Shown: positions 24,551-37,260 of the stretch, piece by piece
Layout of the letters: each line of letters opens with the position of its first letter
Position numbering within the stretch: the first letter of the stretch is position 1
DNA from: Malacoraja senta
Lineage: Eukaryota
Assembly (NCBI GenBank): GCA_038087875.1
Contig: CM075991.1
Span: 4,030,001-4,094,000, forward strand
Reading direction: 5' to 3'
DNA length: 64,000 bases
Notes under the pieces: model-generated
What the model saw: the letters and a program-made list of their open reading frames with translations, nothing else
Database searches by the model: none
What the model was told of the DNA's origin: nothing
Made by a program: the position numbers and the translations under genes

Positions 24551-26419
24551 TTAATAACTCTTTGCAAAGTCCACTTTTGCTAAGGCGGGAGAGTCAGGCT
24601 GAATACGGGAGTGCAGATGGCTGGCGTAGCATTTGCACTCACAAACTTCAACCATAAAGTCATAGAGTCATACAGCGTGGAAACAGGCCCTTCAGCCCAA
24701 CTTTCCCACACTGGCCAACATGTCCCAGCTACACCAGGCCCACCTACCCACATTTGGCCCATATCCCTCCAAACCTGTCCTATCCATGTACATGTCAAAC
24801 AGTTTCTTTAATATTGGGACCGTCCCGGCCTCAAATAAACCACCTTTAGCAGCTCGTTCCACACACCCACCACCCTTTGTATGAAAAAGTTACTCCTCAG
24901 ATTCCTATTAAATCTTTTACCCTTCACCTTAAACCCTAAACCTATGTCCTCTTCTTGGATCATATAGATGTGTCCTAGCTAAGTCTTTCTGGGGATAATA
25001 ACGGCTGAGGACACAGTGGCTTTAAGAAGGCCCAACAGAAATGTTCTCAAACAGAAAACATGTTGTTCAAACATTGTCAAACAATGTTCAAACAGAGAAC
25101 ATTGGCTGGGACGGTGGCGCAGCAGTAGAGTTGCTACCTTCCAGTGCCAGAGGCCGGGTTCAATCCTGACTACAGGTGCTGTCTGCACGGAGTTTGTGCG
25201 TTCTCCCCGTAACCTGCGTAGGTTTTCTCTGGGTGCTCCAGTTTCCTCCCACATTCCAAAGACGTACAGGTTTGAGTTAATCGACTTGGTAAAATTTTAA
25301 ATTATCCCTAGTGTGTGCGGGATAGTCTTAGTGTGTGGGATCGCTGTTCGGTGTGGACTCGGTGGGCTGAAGGGCCTGTTTCCATGCTGTATACCTAAAC
25401 TAAACTAAACTAAACTAAAACAGAGTTTGACTGAGCCTATGAGCGAACTTGGTCAGGGAGTTGGGTTTTTACAGAGAGAAAGACGTAACGAGACAGAAAG
25501 TTTTCAACATGAAGATGCTGAGGATAATGACGTGGCAGGTAAAGGTGTGGCAATTGACAGGTAATTCAGGCAGCATCAGAGGGGACAGGAGAATTTAGAC
25601 TTTGCATGGGTGTAGGGTGCTGGATACAATGGAGATTGGGAGCAGTGAGAACATGGAAGGAGTTGAAAGCAAGGGGTAAGACTTTCAAAATCAAAGCATT
25701 GATGAGCTAGACGCTGACGTAGATATTATTTGTATGTGCGTCACGGAAAGACCATTATTTATTGCCCAGCCCTAATGGCCTTTGAGAAGTTGCACTTTCA
25801 GGCAGCTGCAGTCCATGTGCGGAAGGTGCTCCCACAGTGCTGTTAGGGAGGGAGTCCCATTATATTAACCCAGGGACCAGTGATGTATGGCCAAGGCAGG
25901 TAGCTCACGTACTACCTTTCCTTTGACTCCGTTACTGCATCGAACTTCCCCCAAATGTCTGCACACTTTATTTTCAATTTCTCGTTCCCACTGTTTAATG
26001 ATCTACAATGCATTTATAATGTGTAGCTGGTCATTTGTTGTTCCTAAATCAACATCGGTTTTGTCAAAATGCCAGCATCATAACTTTTCGTTCCAGACTA
26101 TAGTCTTGCTCCCATTTAATCAGGCGACCCTCTGGCCTTTTCTCCGCTGCTATCTCCACTAAACATTTTATAGTCCACGATATTTAGCTCCCAGTCACAC
26201 ACTGGATGGAGCCAATTTCTTGTCAAAACTAAAACATATGTACATTCATTCTAATGAGTGTCTCTAGTTCACTGAGTTTAATTCCAAATGCTTTATGCCT
26301 TCAACATTCAACCCTAACTCACCCTCAAGCACCCAATGCATTTTTTTCCTTGTACCATTCAGCCCATTGAATCTGATCCAGGATTCAACTATATCAGCAC
26401 TGAACTCCACCTCAACGGC

Positions 26420-27170
26420 AACTTGAACGTCCGGGAGCGGAAAAGACTGCAAAAAGATGTGAACACTGCCAAGTCCATCATTGGCTCTGACCTCCTCACT
26501 ATCAAAGGGATTTATCGGTGTCGCTGCCTCAAAAAGGCAGCCAGCATCATCAGAGACCCACATCATCCTGGCCTCACACTCATTTCACCACTGCCATCGG
26601 GAAGAAGGTACAGGAGACTGAAAAATGTAACGTCCACGTTCAGGAACAGCTACTTCCCCACAACCATCAGGCTATTAAACACTACAACCTCATATAGGCT
26701 CTGAACTACTATAGACTATTATTATTATTATTATTATTATTTATTGCACTGTTTTGTTTGTTTTTTGAGTATGTGTGTATGTGTATATATGAGACCATAG
26801 GCCATAGGTGCAGGAGTAGGTCATTCGGCCCTTCGAGCCAGCACCGCCATTCAGTGTGATCATGGCTGATCATCCCCAATCACTACCCCGTTCCTGCCTT
26901 CTCCCCATATCCCCTGACTCCGCTATCTTGAAGAGCCCTATCTAGCTCTCTCTTGAAAGTATCCAGAGAACCGGCCACCACCTTCTTCTGAGGCAGAGAT
27001 ACATGGGTATGTTGAGAGTATGTGTGTACATATACACACACTGAGATTCTTTTCTCTCTCTTGTTTGTCGTATCATGCTGTGTTTGCTCTGTTGTGCTGC
27101 AGCAAGTAAGAATGTCATTGTTCTATCTGGGACATATGACAATAAAACCCTCTTGACTCTTGACTCTCAC
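26420..27170 (+). mobile_element. Rex1/Babar-type LINE 3' fragment (CR1 tail inserted at ~26795-26998)
   Basis: ORF 26336-26704: RKRLQKDVNTAKSIIG...CLKKAASIIRDPHHP...LPSGRRYR...FRNSYFPTTIRLLN; tail ggacatatgacaataaa(ctcttga)n. Confidence 0.88.
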
Positions 27171-27499
27171 TCACCTAAGGTCCATGTCCTTAGAAAGCCT
27201 GACCCAATATTCCATCTAAGCCTTTAATCTCCACTTAAACACCAAAATCCACAAGCTTATGAAATAAATGATTTATTCTTTCTTCAATGGCCGGGCCCTT
27301 CATTTTCAGATTGAGGGCACTCTTTATCCCAATTCCCTTAACAAGATAAAGTGTTTATTTGTGATTTGTACTGGATGTAACCAGTACAATGAAATTCTTC
27401 TTCAGGCTGGAGAAGGGTCCGGCCTCGAAATGTCATCTATCCATTTCCTCCACAGATGCTGCCAGACCCACTGAGTTTCCCCTGACTTGTGAGGAGAGG

Positions 27500-27790
27500 G
27501 TTGGTAGGAGAAGGACCGGGGTATTGCCTCCAGCGCCTTCAAGATTGGCTGCACGAGGCGACCCTGAGACACAGAGGTGGGCGGGCGGGCGAGGAGAGGG
27601 ACGGAGGACGCCCTGCAGCAGCCTGGGGCTTACCTGGATCGGGGGCGCTCCAGTGCATCCAGCATGGGGCCCGTACTTTGGATTTTTTCTTTTTGTAAAT
27701 AGTGCCTAAATACGTCAATATGCAAGTGTGAGCTGTGCAAAGAGAATTTCACTGTGACAAAAAAGAACAATTGAACCATTCAACCATTCA
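27500..27790 (+). mobile_element. GC-rich non-coding element with Rex-type tail
   Basis: CpG-rich body, then gaatttcactgtgac...aacaattg(aaccattc)n. Confidence 0.5.
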
Positions 27791-28419
27791 AAATATGACC
27801 GACAGAGTAACCCCTGCATTCCCTGTCTCTCCATCCCTCCCCCACCCAAGTCACACCAGCTTCTTGTTCTCACCTAGCAAACAGCTAACAATGGCCTGTT
27901 TCCTTTCTCATCGTTGCTTTTTTTTTGCATATCTTTCATTCATTTGTTCTACATCGCCGTCTATATCTCTCATTTCCCTTTCCCCTTATTTGCAGTCTGA
28001 AGAAGGGTCTCGACCCAAAACGGCACCTCTCCAGAGATGTTGAGTTATGCCAGCATTTTGTGTCTATCTTCGGTTTAAACCAGCACCTGCAGTTCCTTCC
28101 TACACATGACTAAACAGACACTTCTACTCAAATCTTAAACATTGGAAGGGGCACCCAAAGGTCCAACCAACAATGCACAAAATTTCTCCGTGCAGTAATA
28201 AGGGCATACTTTGCAGGTCGTACAGAAGGATAAGGCGTGGTAAAAGGCAATAGGCAAAGATGTTTCTATCAGTGGTAGGGACACGTAATCGGCAAAAAGC
28301 ATCACTCAGATTGGGATCATTAATGTCTCTTCTGTAACATAATGCTAGACATTTGCAATCGAGACAAGATTCTCGTCAATACAAGATTCGCTGATTCTCT
28401 GATCCAAAGAATCAAATGG

Positions 28420-29650
28420 AGGTGCAAGGAACTGCAAATGCTGGAATCTGGATCAAAATACCAAGTGCTGGAGGAACTCAGCGGGCCGGGACAGCATCTG
28501 TGGAGGGAAATGAACAGGTGGCGTTACGGTTTGGGAACCTTCTTCGAACTGATTGTGGTAGTGGCGAGAAAGCTGGAAAAGAACATCGTGAGTGGGATGA
28601 AGTTGAGCAAGTGATAGGTGGATACAGGCGGGCAAGTTTGATTGCCCAAAGGGTGGATTAGGTAACAAAGGCGAGAGGTAAACAGGAGATGAAAGGGATA
28701 AGAGGTGATATATATAAAATCAGAGGGAGGGGGAAAGGTGGAAGAGAACAGAGAAAGAGAGGAAAGACAAAGGTAAAAGCAGCCCTTAAGCCTCTCTCTT
28801 TCCTGTGACCGCTCCCCTTATCCCTCTCTCTATGTCCCCCCACCCATTTCTCCCATTGTATCCCACCATCCCCAGTCACCCTGCTCCTTTCCCCTCCTTC
28901 GTACACTCACCTCCCTTCCACAGACCCTCATTTCCCTTGTATCCCCCCTCTATCCCTTACTCTCCGTCCCACCTATATCGATTCCTCCGGCTTTACATTC
29001 CACTCCTCTCCGTACCTGACACATCTTCTCTCTCCTTTTCTCCTCGAGTCAATAGACAATAGGTGCAGGAGCAGGTCATTTGGCCCTTCGAACCAGCACC
29101 GCCATTAAATGTGATCATGGCTGATCATCCACAATCAGTACCCCGTTCCTGCCTTCTCCCCATATCCCCTGACTCCACAATTTTTAAGAGCCCTATCTAG
29201 CTCTCTCTTGAAAGCATCCAGAGAACCTGCCTCCACCACCCTCTGAGGCAGAGAATTCCACAGACTCACAACTCTCTGTGAGAAAAAGTGTTTCCTCGTC
29301 TCCGTTCTAAATGGCTTACTCCTTATTCTTAAACTGTGGCCCCTGGTTCTGGACTCCCCCAACATCGGGAACATGTTTCCTGCCTCTAGTGTGTCCAAGC
29401 CCATAACAATCTTTATGTTTCAATGAGATGCCCTCTCATCCTTCTAAACTCCAGAGTGTACAAGCCCAGCCGCTGTACACTTAGTCTTTGTCACTTTACT
29501 CCACCTGTCTACCAATCAACCCCTACCAACCTCACCCGTATCCACCTCTCACTTGCCAAGCTTTGTTCTGCTCCCACCTGCCTTTTCGATCTCTCTCCTC
29601 CCTACTCTAATCCGTCTAAAGAACGGTCCTGACCCAAATCGTCCCTCCAC
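28420..29650. mobile_element. long inverted pair of PLE 3'UTR/terminal repeats, interrupted by a CR1 at ~29050-29475
   Basis: purine-rich arm 28420-28790 mirrored by pyrimidine-rich arm 28790-29045 plus 29478-29650. Confidence 0.65.
29050..29475 (-). mobile_element. CR1 3' fragment
   Basis: ORF 29135-29404 is the CR1 ORF2 C-terminus. Confidence 0.92.
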
Positions 29651-30249
29651 GGGTGTTTTCAACTTGCCTTCAAAAAAGCATTGGGGCAGATACATGGAAA
29701 GGAAAGGTTTAGGGAGATATGGTACCAAACGCGGGCAGGTTGGACTAGTGTAGATGGGGCATCTTGGTCTGCATGAGCAGGTTGGGATGAAGGGCCTGTC
29801 TCCATGACGTTCGGAATACAGCGTGCATGCAGGCCCTTCAGTCCATGCCGACCATCGATCACCCCGTCCACAATCACTATCCCACACACTAGGGACAATC
29901 TACAATGGACAAAAGCCACCTACAAATTAACCTGCAAACCTGTAGGTCTTTTGAGTGTTGGAGAAAACCGGAGCACCCGGCGGAAACCGACGCAGTCACA
30001 GGGAGAACGTACAAACCCCGTACAGACAGCCCACGCAGTCAGGATGGAACCCAGATCTGTGTCGCTGTAAGACTGCAACTCTACCACTGTGTCACTGAGC
30101 CGCCCTGAAAATGCTGTATGGCTCTAGGCCGCTGCACCCATTAAGTTCCTCCAACATACATAGATACATAGAAAATAGGTGCAGGAGTAGGCCATTCGGC
30201 CCTTCGAGCCTGCACCGCCATTCAATATGATCATGGCTGATCATCCAAC

Positions 30250-33200
30250 TCAGTATCCCGTACCTGCCTTCTCCCCATACCCCCTGATCCCCTTAGCCAC
30301 AAGGGCCACATCTAACTCCCTCTTAAATATAGCCAATGAATTGGCCTCAACTACCCTCTGTGGCAGAGAGTTCCAGAAATTCACCACTCTCTGTGTGAAA
30401 AAGTTTTTCCTCATCTCGGTCTTAAAGGATTTCCCCCTTATCCTTAAGCTGTGACCCTTTGTCCTGGACTTCCCCAATATCTGGAACAATCTTCCTGCAT
30501 CTAGCCTGTCCAACCCCATAAGAATTTTGTAAGTTTCTATAAGATCCCCTCTCAATCTCCTAAATTCTAGCGAGTATAAGCCGAGTCTATCCAGTCTTTC
30601 TTCATATGAAAGTCCTGACATCCCAGGAATCAGTCTGGTGAACCTTCTCTGCACTCCCTCTATGGCTATAATGTCCTTCCTCAGATTTGGAGACCAAAAC
30701 TGTACGCAATACTCCAGGTGTGGTCTCACCAAGACCCTGTACAACTGCAGTAGAACCTCCCTGCTCCTGTACTCAAATCCTTTTGCTATGAAAGCTAACA
30801 TACCATTCGCTTTCTTCACTGCCTGCTGCACCTGCATGCCTACTTTCAATGACTGGTGTACCATGACACCCAGGTCTCGCTGCATCTCCCCTTTTCCTAA
30901 TCGGCCACCATTTAGATAATAGTCTGCTTTCCTGTTTTGCCACCAAAGTGGATAACCTCACATTTATCCACATTATACTGCATCTGCCAAACATTTGCCC
31001 ACTCACCCAGCCTATCCAAGTCACCTTGCAGTCTCCTAGCATCCTCCTCACAGCTAACACTGCCCCCCAGCTTAGTGTCATCCGCAAACTTGGAGATGTT
31101 GCCTTCAATTCCCTCATCCAGCTCATTAATATAAATTGTAAATAGCTGGAGTCCCAGCACTGAGCCTTGCGGTACCCCACTAGTCACTGCCTGCCATTGT
31201 GAAAAGGACCCGTTTACTCCTACTCTTTGCTTCCTGTTTGCCAGCCAGTTCTCTATCCACATCAATACTGAACCCCCAATACCGTGTGCTTTAAGTTTGT
31301 ATATTAATCTCTTATGTGGGACCTTGTCGAAAGCCTTCTGAAAGTCCAGATACAACACATCCACTGGTTCTCCCCTATCCACTCTACTAGTTACATCCTC
31401 GAAAAATTCTTTAAGATTCGTCAGACATGATTTACCTTTCGTAAATCCATGCTGACTTTGTCCAATGATTTCACCACTTTCCAAATGTGCTGCTATCCCA
31501 TCTTTAATAACTGACTCTAGCAGTTTCCCCACTACCGATGTTAGACTAACTGGTCTGTAATTCCCCGTTTTCTCTCTCCCTCCCTTCTTAAAAAGTGGGG
31601 TTACATTTGCTACCCTCCAATCCTCAGGAACTACTCCAGAATCTAAAGAGTTTTGAAAACTTATCACTAATGCATCCACTATTTCTGGAGCTACTTCCTT
31701 AAGTACTCTGGGATGCAGCCTATCTAGCCCTGGTGATTTATTGGCCTTTAATCCATTCCATTTACCCAACACCACTTCCCGACTAACCTGGATTTCACTC
31801 AGTTCCTCCATCTCCTTTGACCCGTGGTCCCCTGCTATTTCCGGCAGATTATTTATGTCTTCCTTAGTGAAGACGGAACCAAAGTAGTTATTCAATTGGT
31901 CTGCCATATCCTTGTTCCCCATGATCAATTCACCTGTTTCTGACTGCAAGGGACCTACATTTGTTTTAACTAATCTCTTTCTCTTCACATATCTATAAAA
32001 ACCTTTGCAGTCAGTTTTTATGTTCCCTGCCAGTTTTCTTTCATAATCTATTTTCCCTTTCCTAATTAAGCCCTTTGTCCTCCTCTGCTGGTCTCTAAAT
32101 TTCTCCCAGTCCTCTGGTATGCTGCTTTTTCTGGCTAATATGTACGCATCATCTTTGGCTTTAATACTATCCCTGATTTCCCTTGTTATCCACGGATGCA
32201 CTACCTTCCCTGATTTATTATTTTGCCAAACTGGGATGAACAATTTTTGCAGTTCATCCATGCAGTCTTTAAATGCCTTCCATTGCATATCCACCGTCAA
32301 CCCTTTTAGAACTAATTGCCAGTCAATCTTGGCCAATTCACGTCTCATACCCTCAAAGTTACCTTTCTTTAAGTTCAGAACCATTGTTACTGAATTAACA
32401 ATGTCACTCTCCATCCTAATGAAGAACTCAACCATATTATGGTCACTCTTGCCCAAGGGGGCACGCACAACAAGACTGCTAACTAACCCTTCCTCATTAC
32501 TCAATACCCAGTCTAGAATAGCCTGCTCTCTCGTTGGTTCCTCTACATGTTGGTTTAGATAACTATCCCGCATACATTCCAAGAAATCCTCTTCCTCAGC
32601 ACCCCTGCCAATTTGATTCACCCAATCTATATGTAGATTGAAGTCACCCATTATAACTGTTTTGCCTTTGTTGCACGCATTTCTAATTTCCTGTTTGATG
32701 CCATCCCCAACTTCACTCCTACTGTTAGGTGGCCTGTACACAACACCCAGCAGCGTTTTCTGCCCCTTAGTGTTTCGCAGCTCTACCCATACCGATTCCA
32801 CATCCTCCAAGCTAATGTCCTTCCTTTCCACTGCGTTAATCTCCTCTCTAACCAGCAATGCCACCCCACCTCCTTTTCCTTTCTCTCTATCCCTCCTGAA
32901 TATTGAATATCCCTGGATTTTCAGCTCCCAGCCTTGGTCACCCTGGAGCCATGTTTCCGTGATCCCAACTATATCATAATCATTAATAGCTATCTGCACG
33001 TTCAACTCATCCACCTTATTACGAATGCTCCTTGCATTGAGACACAAAGCCTTCAGGCTTGTTTTTACAACGCTCTTACCCCTTTTACAATTATGTTGAA
33101 AAGTGGCCCTTTTTGATTTTTGCCCTGGATTTGTCTGCCTGCCACTTTTACTTTTCACCTTGCTACCTATTGCTTCCGCCCGCATTTTACACCCCTCTGT

Positions 33201-33548
33201 TTCTCTGCTCACCCATTTAAGAACCCCACCACCTCTTATTCTCTGTTTATTATTGTTTTCTTCTTTCCCCCCTACATGTTGGGTCTGAGTGCTTTCCTTC
33301 TCTGCCTCCTGCCTCACACACTGTCTAATAGCTTTCTCTATTTGAGTCCCTCCCCCCAACCGTTCTAGTTTAAAGTCTCCCCAGTAGCCTTTGCAAATCT
33401 CCCCGCCAGGATATTGGTCCCCCTCAGGTTCAAGTGCAACCCATCCTTTTTGTACAGGTCGCACCTTCCACAAAAGAGGTCCCAATGATCCAGAAATTTG
33501 AATCCCTGCCCTCTGCACCAGTCCTTCAGCCACGCATTTATCCTCCAC
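30250..33548 (-). pseudogene. CR1 ORF2 (APE endonuclease + reverse transcriptase) with one frameshift near 30935
   Basis: NARS, ITETW, YRPP, GDFN, SDHN (APE); NYRPVSLTS, QHGF, DFQKAFDKV, GVPQGSVLG, FADD (RT); split into ORFs 30912-33548 and 30250-30885. Confidence 0.95.
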
Positions 33549-33672
33549 CTCGCTCCATTCCTACTCTCACTGTCGCGTGGCACAGGCAGTAATCCCGAGA
33601 TTGTTACCTTTGCTGTCCTTCTCCTTAACTCCCCTCCTAACTCCCTAAATTCTCCTTTCAGGACCTCTTCTC
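33365..33672 (-). CDS. CR1 ORF1 C-terminus, SGNH/GDSL esterase-like domain (partial)
   Basis: VTISGLLP...INAWLKDWCRGQGFKFLDHW...YKKDGLHLNLRG carries the DGLH block V motif typical of CR1 ORF1 esterases. Confidence 0.88.
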
Positions 33673-36600
33673 TTTTGCGTTTTGCCGACGATTGAGATGT
33701 TTGTGTAGTTTGTGCTCCGTGACTTTGTACAAAGGTATTCTTATTAGTCAGCATTGCTGTTGTAGCATGGAAAGGAAGATTGGACCTGTCTCAATATTGG
33801 TGGAATTTTCCACTCAGAAAATTGCTTGGGTCAAATTAGAGAGACAAGTTCCTCACACACTCACGGAGACAACAGCGTTGTCAGAGCTAAGCTCATTGCC
33901 ATTGCCCTTTCCAGTGCATGCTTGAACGAATTACCACTTTACACGAGAGCGTGTAACATTTAAGAATAAGCATGAACTAAAAATAGTTTTCCAAATATCT
34001 CATTTCCTTCCCAGTTCCTTCACATAACATCCCATGCCAGCCTTATATAGTCAGCATTATTCAGGAATGCCACGGAAATGTTTGGCCTCGACCTCTTGCA
34101 CCTCAGCCAACATGCATTTCCAATTAAACATCGTTCGTAGTGCTTACTTTTCCTGGGCTTTTTGTTTTTGCCATGATCGTTGACAATGATCAGTTTTATA
34201 CCCTGCGACTGCGCCCTTTTTAATTGCAAGGGCTCCGAGGACCAAGAGGGTGAAATGATAGCACCTGATAGAAATCGGACCGGGCACCAGAGTCACAACT
34301 CGCCTTCTCCCCTTGCCGATTCCGTTCACATGAAACCCGCTTGAGAATCGTCTAATCTGCGTCGAAAAGGAAACTGAACTCTTGCAGGAGCAGTGGTTCC
34401 TGTGGTGTGTGGGAAGGTTGCTGCAGGTGCTGCTTTACACCAAAGATAGACACAAAATGTTGGGGGAAACGGTCTGTGAATCTGAAGTCGTGCGTTTTCA
34501 CATTTTCCTCCCTACCTCTTGCCTGATGGGAGAGGAGAGAAGAGGGAATGACCAGGGTGAGACTCGTCATTGACTATGCTGGCGGCCTTGTAGAGGCAGC
34601 GTGAGGTGTAGGAAGGAACTGCAGATGCTTGAATACGCCAAAAGCTGACACAACGCTGGACTTACAGCGGGTCAGGCAGCATCTCTGGAGAACAGGAATA
34701 CGTGATGTTTTGGGTCGAGACCCTTCTTCATACAGATAGATGTCTATAGTTCATATAATATTCTTCCCACATCTGAGAATGCGGGGAGATTCGAAAATGG
34801 GGTTAATGAAGGATTAGAGTAAATGGGTGATGGTCGGCAGCGACTTGGTGGGCTGAAGGGCCTGTTTCTGTGCTGTTTGTGCTGTATGCCAAGAATCAAG
34901 AGAGTCAAGAGTTTTATTGCCATGTGTTCCAGATAAAACAATGACATTCTTACTTGCTGCAGCACAACAGAATATGTAAACATAGTATACGGTAAACAAG
35001 ATACATGATAAACAAGAGAGAAATCTACTCTCAATTACTATACATGACTGGCAACTGATTTTAGATGATCAGCCATGATCATATTGAATGGCAGTGCTGG
35101 CTTGAAGGGCCGAATGGCCTACTCCTGCACCTATTTTTCTATGTTTCTATGAAAATTATTTATCTTACAACCTTATCTCTACTGCTTTTCATTTAATAAG
35201 ATACCAACTGTGCACCGAGTCCCTAATAAGGGTTTTGAGTTTGAACTTGAGTTTAGTTGGAGTTAGTTTATTGTCACATGTACCCAGGTACAGTGAGAAG
35301 CTTTTGTTGCATGCTATCCAGTCAGTGGAAAGACCATACATGATTACAGTCGAGCCATCCACACTGTACATATACTTGATAAATACCGTTTAGTGCTAGA
35401 TAAAGTCCAATCAAAGATAGTTCCAGGGTCTCCAATGAGGTAGATGGTAGTTCAGGACCACTCTCGAGTTGTTGGTAGGATGGTTCATCTGCCTGATAAC
35501 GGCTGGGAAGTATGTGCCTGAATCTGGATCTGAATCCGAAGCATTGATTGACCATTTCCCTCCACAGATGCTGCTTGACTCACTGAGTTCCTCCATCAGC
35601 TCTGCCATTTTTTAACCTAAAAAACCAACGTTAACTCCCCTGACCCCGTGATCAATCACCATGTTGACACTCCAGTTCAGCATTGAGAGACCACTGCACC
35701 GTCTGAGGTCTTAACAGGAGACACAAGCATCTGCAGCTGCTGGAATCTTGCACAGAACACAAAAGGAGTAACTCAGCGGGTCAGGCAACATCTCTGGAGG
35801 ACAGGGTCGGGTCGGGTCCCTTCTCCAGTCTCACTCACGACCTTCTGCTGTGATACAGGGCACAAAACACACGCACTTTGATACTGCATAGGGGAATATG
35901 CCTGAGGAAAGGTATCTATCTCACTACCTTTCCAATGTGGCCTTAAATAGAGACCCTCTCAGTTCCCTATGCGGCTGTAAAATATACCAGCAAGGTGTCA
36001 CAGAGTCTTACAGCAAAGATATGGACCCTTCAGCCCACTGTCCATAACAACCACCTACTTACCCTAATCCTACGCCAAGCCCATTAAAACAATTATCTCT
36101 CCATTCCCTTTAGTCCCTGACAGATTCAACTACACATCAGGGGCAATTTAGAGTGGCCACATAACCTACCAACCAGCACCCTCTTGCTTTGTGGGAGGCA
36201 CAGTGACGCAGCGGTAGAGTTGCTGCCTTAGAGCGCCAGAGACCCGGGTTCGATCCTGACTTTGGGTACTGTCTCTATGGAGTTTGTACGTTCTCCCTGT
36301 GACCGTGTGGGTTTTCTCCGGGTGCTCCAGTTTCCTCCCACACTCCAAAGACTTCCAGGTTTGTAGGTTAATTGGCTTTGGTAAAATTGTAAATTGTACC
36401 TAGTGTGTAGGATCGTGCTTGTGTACGGGGTGATCGCTGGTTGGCGTGGACTCGGTGGGCCGAAGGGACTTTTTCCCGTCTGTATCTCTAAACTAAACTA
36501 AACAGTGAAATCCTGGCCTGCCCAACCTTTCCCTATAGCTCAGTGCCTCGAAGTGTGTATAGATTTAACAGTGCTTGCACGGTTCTTTTCTGAAATCAGG

Positions 36601-37078
36601 TTTCAATTGATTTTGGCTCATTCATAAAATGTGTGCACACACATATAAAAATGAAGTTATACCGCCATTAACTTTATAAACCTTTTGGGAAATGCTGGGA
36701 AATAGTCTTCTAAATTACTAAGCAGCCATCTAGGCATGAACAATCCATAGCAATTACTCACACTGACCTTTGAGTATATATTTCCCCCCTGTGACAACAA
36801 TGATCACAGGCTCACTGTGTCTTTAAAGGCCGTTGTGCAATGGAACCACTCCTACTGCCACAAATTACAACTCACAACAACAACACAATCGGAGCAGGTG
36901 AGGTAGGTAGAAGATAATTTACACCTGCAATACCGTTTACACAGGGAAAAGCATTGAAAGGCTGGAGTGACATCAAGGAACCCGACACCGAGTCACTTAT
37001 GGACATAATGGGGGAAGGTGGAGAAACCTTGATGAAAGAGCTCGGTTGTAAGGAGAAACAAGAGAGCCGAATTGCTTT

Positions 37079-37260
37079 AGTAACTCAGCGGGACAGGCAG
37101 CATCTCTGGAGGGAAAGGATGAGTGACGTTTCGGTTCGGATCTCTTCTTCAGACATTTATCCAGACAGTCTGAATAGAGGTTCTGACCCAAAACGTCAAC
37201 ACCCTTTTTCTCCAGAGATGCTGCCTGACTCGCTGAGTTACTCCAGCATTTTGTGCATCT
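37079..37260. mobile_element. palindromic PLE-terminus derivative with spacer TTTATCCAGAC
   Basis: inverted arms; same junction as 63389-63628. Confidence 0.85.

Larger units (their letters stand above)
30158..33672 (-). mobile_element. young CR1 LINE, ~3.5 kb, 5'-truncated within ORF1
   Basis: ORF1 esterase end, ORF2 (APE+RT) and 3'UTR with (catagata)n tail; splits a PLE-derived motif gttcctccaaca|ttttgcgttttgc. Confidence 0.97.

Noticed and set aside
30937..33368. Multiple + strand ORFs
   Set aside because: Antisense shadows of CR1 ORF2
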